From the IMG/VR virus record IMGVR_UViG_2802429229_000002: DNA of 4,068 nt; one strand, written 5' to 3'. The notes under the pieces are model-generated. The model saw only the letters and a list, made by a program, of their open reading frames with translations, made no database searches and had not been told where the DNA came from. The position numbers and the translations under genes were made by a program. Source of the stretch: a virus (taxonomy: Duplodnaviria; Heunggongvirae; Uroviricota; Caudoviricetes; Straboviridae). Positions 1-4,068 of the stretch are shown here, in pieces. How positions within the stretch are numbered: position 1 is the stretch's first letter; each line of letters opens with the position of its first letter.

Positions 1-73
1 TGGATACGGTGGAAATGACGCGGGTGCCGTCGTTAATCTCCAGCACCTGCACGCCATGATGATAGTCGCTCAT
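1..73 (-). CDS. FI: Contractile tail sheath protein, N-terminal 24 codons only; gene continues past the window start
   Basis: Reverse complement of 1..73 translates as MSDYHHGVQVLEINDGTRVISTVS, which matches from memory the N-terminus of P2-family tail sheath protein FI. A GGAG Shine-Dalgarno lies 8 nt upstream of the ATG (complement of 71..73). Same strand and expected order relative to H and G. Confidence 0.8.
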   Translation of the reverse strand, partial: MSDYHHGVQVLEINDGTRVISTVS

Positions 74-94
74 CCGTTTAACTCCGTGGTTAAT

Positions 95-167
95 GGGTGC
101 AATTATTTTCTGTTGTGCAGAGTATGAGGCGCTATTTGACCTGGCTGGTCAGTGGATGAAACAACAG
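95..167 (-). promoter_or_regulatory. Candidate late promoter for the tail sheath operon (P2 PF-like), weak support
   Basis: On the minus strand an AATAAT -10-like hexamer (complement of 102..107) lies about 30 nt upstream of the FI ATG. An imperfect Ogr-type dyad, TGT-N12-CCA (plus 146..163; consensus TGT-N12-ACA, 5 of 6), is centred about 50 bp upstream of that hexamer. A 7-bp inverted repeat (110..116 and 161..167) brackets the region. No exact consensus dyad is present. Confidence 0.25.
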
Positions 168-196
168 ATAAAGAAAAGGCGGGCAATTCGCCCGCC
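168..196 (-). terminator. Rho-independent terminator between the cargo ORF and the tail sheath gene
   Basis: Perfect 7-bp GC stem GGCGGGC (178..184) and GCCCGCC (190..196) with a 5-nt loop. On the minus strand it is followed directly by TTTTCTTTAT (complement of 168..177). It lies about 175 nt downstream of the cargo ORF stop. Confidence 0.6.
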
Positions 197-371
197 TGTC
201 CTGATTTGTACTCACTCATTTTCCAACTGACTATTTACATAGTCCAAACGCTATCAAATCTGACTGTCTGCTTTGAGCGAGGTGCTGACATCCGCATGAA
301 TGTATGGAGCTGCCGCACACTCTAAAAATGATAGAACGTCTATATATTAATTATCCCTAAGTCCAGTTTTA

Positions 372-899
372 TTAATCAATTTTATTACTTTTACCTGCAA
401 CCTTTTTATTACAGTGATAATAAGAAATAGCACTAGCAAAATAGGATTTTGTCATCGACACGAAAAAATCCAACAAATCTGCCATGTTATCAATATCAAT
501 ATTTGGTTTAGTTTTACTGACTTTAGTAATCTTCATGTAGAAGTCCACAAACTTACTTTTTTCTTTATCCGTAATCTGATAATTCAATTGATGACTGATT
601 TTATTTCTTATGCTGTTAAAGTCTTTTATTCTTAAATATATTTCATCATAAGGGGGTTTTGCAGGCTCATGTTGTATTAAAGCTATTTTTTGTGAAAATG
701 TGAGTTTTGCATCACCCCAAGCTAACGAAGGATATCTTAATCCAAGATAATCAGTAATATACTTTTCAAGGCTCAAGTGCGCAGTAAGAAAGGCACCTAT
801 GAAGGCAACGTCAACCCCATCAACACGTTCCCATATGTTTTCATTTTCATCAGTCATACCTGTATACACAGCGGTTGATGCAAGATCTTTCCAGTCCAT
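372..899 (-). CDS. Hypothetical 175-aa cargo protein with a HEPN-like R-N-x3-H motif; candidate lysogenic-conversion or defence gene
   Basis: Uninterrupted 175-codon ORF. AAGGA Shine-Dalgarno (complement of 906..910) 6 nt upstream of the ATG, and an in-frame TAA two codons upstream of the ATG fixes the start. By eye the GC content is about 30% against about 50-60% in the flanking tail genes. Residues 98..103 are RNKISH (nt 591..608). No predicted signal peptide or clear transmembrane segment. I do not recognise a characterised family. Confidence 0.8.
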   Translation of the reverse strand: MDWKDLASTAVYTGMTDENENIWERVDGVDVAFIGAFLTAHLSLEKYITDYLGLRYPSLAWGDAKLTFSQKIALIQHEPAKPPYDEIYLRIKDFNSIRNKISHQLNYQITDKEKSKFVDFYMKITKVSKTKPNIDIDNMADLLDFFVSMTKSYFASAISYYHCNKKVAGKSNKID

Positions 900-934
900 G
901 CTTTATCCTTTTAAAGGTGAATTTAACGAGTTTA

Positions 935-963
935 ACTTTATCTCAACTCAATACTTATCTCAA
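935..963 (-). promoter_or_regulatory. Candidate sigma70 promoter proximal to the cargo ORF
   Basis: Minus strand reads TTGAGA, a 17-nt spacer, then TAAAGT. The predicted transcription start is about 28 nt upstream of the ATG at 899. The match is modest. Confidence 0.2.
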
Positions 964-1150
964 AATTTATGAGTGGACATAACATCCACAAAAAACTATT
1001 AAAGCCCTTTTACCTCTTATTATTGATGAAAATGTACATTTTTATAAAGAATGTCGAAGAACCTCCTCAGTGGAACTATCAACTACACATTGCAAGACTA
1101 GAGTATGTGCAAACCTTTTGACAAGGTTCTGAAATATTCATGGTGGCCTT

Positions 1151-1185
1151 ATTATATCAATTTATCTTCACTTTATACATTAACA
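1151..1185 (-). promoter_or_regulatory. Candidate extended -10 promoter distal to the cargo ORF
   Basis: Minus strand reads TGATATAAT (complement of 1151..1159), a perfect TGnTATAAT extended -10. The -35 is poor (TGTATA at 17-nt spacing). It would give a leader of about 245 nt. Confidence 0.3.
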
Positions 1186-1203
1186 TAGCATGATGTTGAT
1201 AAT

Positions 1204-1227
1204 GTCCGCTCCTAGCACAGAGCGGAC
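1204..1227. other. Perfect 8-bp inverted repeat (hairpin) without a U-tract, 62 nt downstream of the tail fiber assembly gene
   Basis: GTCCGCTC (1204..1211) pairs with GAGCGGAC (1220..1227) around an 8-nt loop. Neither strand has a clear T-run after it. It sits at the GC-composition boundary of the AT-rich island. Confidence 0.5.
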
Positions 1228-1288
1228 TGTCAGATTAGGCCTTACTCTGTACTATAGCTATGTTAACTAACACAAGAGATCATATCAC

Positions 1289-1816
1289 TTATTGCGGCAT
1301 TTCCGGCCATTCAGGATTTGCAGGATCCACACGGCTGACCAGAACACTGTAGCGTTCCCATGCTTCCAGTCGGCTACGCTCCTCATCTGTTGCCATGTTC
1401 AGCCTGACAGCGCGCTCCAGTGGCTGAATAACGCTTTCCGCTTCGGAAAGTAACGCGGCCTTTTGTGATTCTGCCTGTTGTTGCTGTTCGTCTGCCGTAT
1501 AAATCCGCTTAATCACGGCACCATCCTTAAACATCCATTTCCCTGAGTCATCAGCACGTCGGTTGGCGGTAATATCAGGAACCTCGACAACGCTGAAACC
1601 TTCAGGGTTGAGCGTTGAAGCATCTCTGGTGATGCCGACAATAATATTATTTTCATCGTAAACAATCTTTATCGTGTCTTCCTGAAAATTACTTACTTCC
1701 TCATACCAGTTTTTTCCGTCTTCGGACCATAACCAGATAACATCAAAATTCTTTGTTAGCTGATATTGTTCTTTTGTTTTTGGATTACCTGACTTAATGT
1801 TTTTTAAATGCTGCAT
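1289..1816 (-). CDS. G: Tail fiber assembly protein (chaperone)
   Basis: 175-aa ORF starting 3 nt after the tail fiber stop, with an AGGTG Shine-Dalgarno inside the 3' end of H. The sequence ([20 protein letters not shown] ... [13 protein letters not shown]) matches from memory the P2 G / lambda Tfa family, including the characteristic C-terminal tail. Confidence 0.9.
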   Translation of the reverse strand: MQHLKNIKSGNPKTKEQYQLTKNFDVIWLWSEDGKNWYEEVSNFQEDTIKIVYDENNIIVGITRDASTLNPEGFSVVEVPDITANRRADDSGKWMFKDGAVIKRIYTADEQQQQAESQKAALLSEAESVIQPLERAVRLNMATDEERSRLEAWERYSVLVSRVDPANPEWPEMPQ

Positions 1817-1819
1817 AAT

Positions 1820-4068
1820 TTACACCTGCGCAACGTTATACCATGTGCCATTGATGTATTTTTGTATTGGTCTGAATACTGCTGGATCATCACCATCGAC
1901 TTCACCGACAATACCAAGCCCCGTGATTACATGGCCTGATTTTTCATACATCACGCCTTTTTGCATGGTCTGAACAACACGTGTGCCAAGTCTGACATCT
2001 CTCACATAGCGGGAATCAAAGTTACCGTAATCCGAGGGATTAACACGCCCCGTAATATTTATGGTTTTATTACTTTGAATACTTCCCGAGACAAAGCGCA
2101 TAACATGGACGCTATTAGCATAAACATCCAGATTACCATCACCATTTTGTTTAAAGCCCGTGTCATTATCACCCAAAACAATCGAATTACCGCCAAGAGC
2201 ACTGGATGTTCCTATACCCAGAGCACCATTCAATTGACCACCAGATAACGGCAGTGCACCGACATCTCCCGCTGTAGGTTTTCGCGTTGTGGTATAAAAC
2301 TCAGACCAGTCAGCCTCGAATCCGTAACCGTCACGAGCAGAACGATAAAAAATACCGCCGTTCTTATAATTAACGCGGAACTGGGCGGCGGGGCAACTTC
2401 CTTCACCGATATTAAAATGAAGAATTAACGTTGATGCCCCACTAATAGTTGCGTTATAGGCTCCGCTACTCCAGTTCCATCCAACGGCTTTATCATTCGC
2501 AACGGTGTCTCCTGTTTTTCCTGAAGCAAATGCACCAATATTTTTCGGCGTCAGGTTAATATCTGATGTTCCATCAAACGAAACGTTATTAATTTTACGG
2601 GCTGTTTTCAGCTTTGTTGCTGTCGCCGCATTGCCGGACAGTTCACCAGAAAGGCCAGCACTGAATGTCTGTTTCGCGCCCCATGTCTGGGCTTCGTCAA
2701 TGATTGGTACTCGTCTTGCTGTAATCGTGCGGCTTCCCGGATTTCCTGAAATACGCACCATAAAAAAGCGGTAGTTGGCTTTACTTACAGTGCTGCGCCA
2801 TACATGCATTGAGCGTCCCGAACCAGAATCATCACTCGGACCGACTGAGATGTTTATCAGGTTGCCATCAATGACGCCCCAGTCCATACCGTCGGGAATA
2901 TTGGTCATGTTATCCAGCCGAACGGTTATCAGACTGCCCGGCACAAAATCGTATGTCTGCCAGTCCAGACTGGATAGTTTTGCCACTGCGCCACCGATGC
3001 CCAGATTCAGAGGCAACGAAAAGGAGTTATATACTTCTCGCCATTCGGTCCATTTGCTCCCGGCGTAGACGCGCTCAAAAGTGCGCCCCTGTGTGGTTTC
3101 TGATTTCCCTGTGGTTGTGTAACGCTGCCAGACAGACACACCATCAAAACGTCTGATTACTTCCAGTATCCCAAGTAGTGTCGCGCCAACGGTGTCCAGC
3201 ATCGGACCATTGGTCGCTTTACCTGTAACGCTGTAAATACCTGGTGAGGTTACATCATTCAAATCACCGTCGTAATAACGGCTTTCTGACTGGTAGCCCA
3301 CTCTTGACCACGGCTCCCACTGTGGGTTCTCTGCATCCCACGAGGCCGAAAGACAGCGAACATAAACATTTCCACGGCTGGTCGTGTAACGCTGCGTTCG
3401 CGAGTAACCACCACCTTCAAGAACTTCAAGGAGTCCCTGACCATAACTTCCTTCTTCCGGATAGTTGCGGTCAAATGAAGCGATTGAGCCACTACTGTTT
3501 CGCCATAAACCAAGATGCTCTGCGCCTCCGAGCGTGTTCAGGTCAATGGTTGTGCTCAGGGGGCGTGTTGCAGACTGAACCTGACGCCAGTAACTCCACG
3601 GACCGTCTGAACCATTCCATGTGCCAGAAAGGTTGCGCATATAAACATTGCCTGTTCTGGTGGTATAACGCTGCATTCCTGAAAAATTACCGCCATTGAA
3701 TACCTCCAGTACACCGACTGCACCGTCTTCAGGGAAATTTTTAGCAGCCGTCGCGTTAGTGGATGTAGCTTTAGACCAGATACCTGAATAAGCCTTAACA
3801 GGACCAAACGTATTCAGATCAGCATCAACCGGCATTTCGCCATTGTTTTTCATAAACGTCAGGCTGGTAACGCCAACATTGTCCAGAAAAGCTGATTTAT
3901 CCTGGATATCTGCACCATTCTGATTTTTCGCCAGACGTGAATTTGCGTTGTCATTTGCTGTCTTGACCGCTTTTGGCGTTGCTGCCAATGACTCACTGGT
4001 GCTGTTTGTTGCACTGCTTAACTGAGTAAAGCCTTTTTCTGTCAGTGTGGCGTCAGGATGGCGGCGGG
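1820..4068 (-). CDS. H: Tail fiber protein (P2 H-like); the 5' end of the gene lies beyond the window end
   Basis: The ORF-track start at 3988 is an internal TTG. The frame stays open to the window edge, reading RRHPDATLTEKGFTQLSSATNSTSESL before AATPKAVK, so the true start is outside the window. At least 749 codons are in view. It has an N-terminal SSATNSTSE / LAATPKAVK motif, three internal QRYTT repeats, and a C-terminus (GIGTSSALGGNSIVLGDNDTGFKQNGDG ... NGTWYNVAQV) typical of P2-family H. Stop TAA at 1820..1822. Confidence 0.9.
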   Translation of the reverse strand, partial: RRHPDATLTEKGFTQLSSATNSTSESLAATPKAVKTANDNANSRLAKNQNGADIQDKSAFLDNVGVTSLTFMKNNGEMPVDADLNTFGPVKAYSGIWSKATSTNATAAKNFPEDGAVGVLEVFNGGNFSGMQRYTTRTGNVYMRNLSGTWNGSDGPWSYWRQVQSATRPLSTTIDLNTLGGAEHLGLWRNSSGSIASFDRNYPEEGSYGQGLLEVLEGGGYSRTQRYTTSRGNVYVRCLSASWDAENPQWEPWSRVGYQSESRYYDGDLNDVTSPGIYSVTGKATNGPMLDTVGATLLGILEVIRRFDGVSVWQRYTTTGKSETTQGRTFERVYAGSKWTEWREVYNSFSLPLNLGIGGAVAKLSSLDWQTYDFVPGSLITVRLDNMTNIPDGMDWGVIDGNLINISVGPSDDSGSGRSMHVWRSTVSKANYRFFMVRISGNPGSRTITARRVPIIDEAQTWGAKQTFSAGLSGELSGNAATATKLKTARKINNVSFDGTSDINLTPKNIGAFASGKTGDTVANDKAVGWNWSSGAYNATISGASTLILHFNIGEGSCPAAQFRVNYKNGGIFYRSARDGYGFEADWSEFYTTTRKPTAGDVGALPLSGGQLNGALGIGTSSALGGNSIVLGDNDTGFKQNGDGNLDVYANSVHVMRFVSGSIQSNKTINITGRVNPSDYGNFDSRYVRDVRLGTRVVQTMQKGVMYEKSGHVITGLGIVGEVDGDDPAVFRPIQKYINGTWYNVAQV

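Noticed and set aside
76-170. Exact Ogr-binding dyad TGT-N12-ACA upstream of FI
   Set aside because: No exact match on either strand; only an imperfect TGG-N12-ACA (plus 146..163) is present. Kept only as a low-confidence promoter feature.
414-635. 73-aa ORF on the plus strand
   Set aside because: It lies wholly inside and antisense to the 175-aa cargo ORF in an AT-rich region, has no ribosome-binding site or recognisable motif, and is most likely a shadow ORF.
900-1288. Type III toxin-antitoxin (ToxIN/AbiQ-like) arrangement, with a repeat-RNA antitoxin upstream of a small toxin of about 170 aa
   Set aside because: I found no tandem direct repeats of 30-40 nt in the leader, and the protein does not resemble ToxN or AbiQ as far as I recall.
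1961-3699. Five plus-strand ORFs of 67-151 aa (1961..2248, 2505..2774, 2775..3068, 2953..3156, 3244..3699)
   Set aside because: All are embedded antisense within the tail fiber coding sequence, whose frame is supported by P2-family-like translation. Their products are low-complexity and unfamiliar, typical of spurious ORFs opposite a GC-balanced gene.
3259-3807. Two minus-strand ORFs in alternative frames (3259..3513 and 3556..3807)
   Set aside because: They overlap the tail fiber gene on the same strand in other frames, have no independent start signals, and are explained by the long H reading frame.
3986-3988. ORF-track start codon for the tail fiber gene
   Set aside because: The codon is TTG and the frame stays open upstream to the window edge, encoding a recognisable tail fiber motif. 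It is an internal codon and the true start is outside the window.
1820-4068. Invertible tail fiber segment (Gin/Cin/Pin type) or diversity-generating retroelement target at the fiber C-terminus
   Set aside because: No flanking inverted crossover repeats, no invertase or reverse transcriptase gene in the window, and no template-repeat copy of the 3' end of H. G follows H directly as in non-invertible P2-type arrangements.
1-4068. tRNA, CRISPR array or insertion sequence
   Set aside because: No cloverleaf-like candidates, no regularly spaced direct repeats, and no terminal inverted repeats flanking a transposase-like ORF were seen.

Overview
The window reads as part of the late tail-gene cluster of a P2-like (Peduovirus-type) enterobacterial phage or prophage, with every credible gene on the minus strand. 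In transcription order (high to low coordinates) it holds a tail fiber gene (H-like, truncated by the window edge), a tail fiber assembly gene (G-like) starting 3 nt after the H stop, an AT-rich cargo island of roughly 0.9 kb carrying a single 175-aa ORF, an intrinsic terminator, and the first 24 codons of a tail sheath gene (FI-like). The cargo island sits in the position that I recall as the P2 Z/fun lysogenic-conversion slot. Its ORF carries a sequence-visible R-N-x3-H motif (RNKISH) of the kind found in HEPN RNase domains, so it is the best candidate in the window for an undescribed single-gene anti-phage or abortive-infection function. All family assignments rest on reading the translations and on memory of P2-family proteins; no database search was run.
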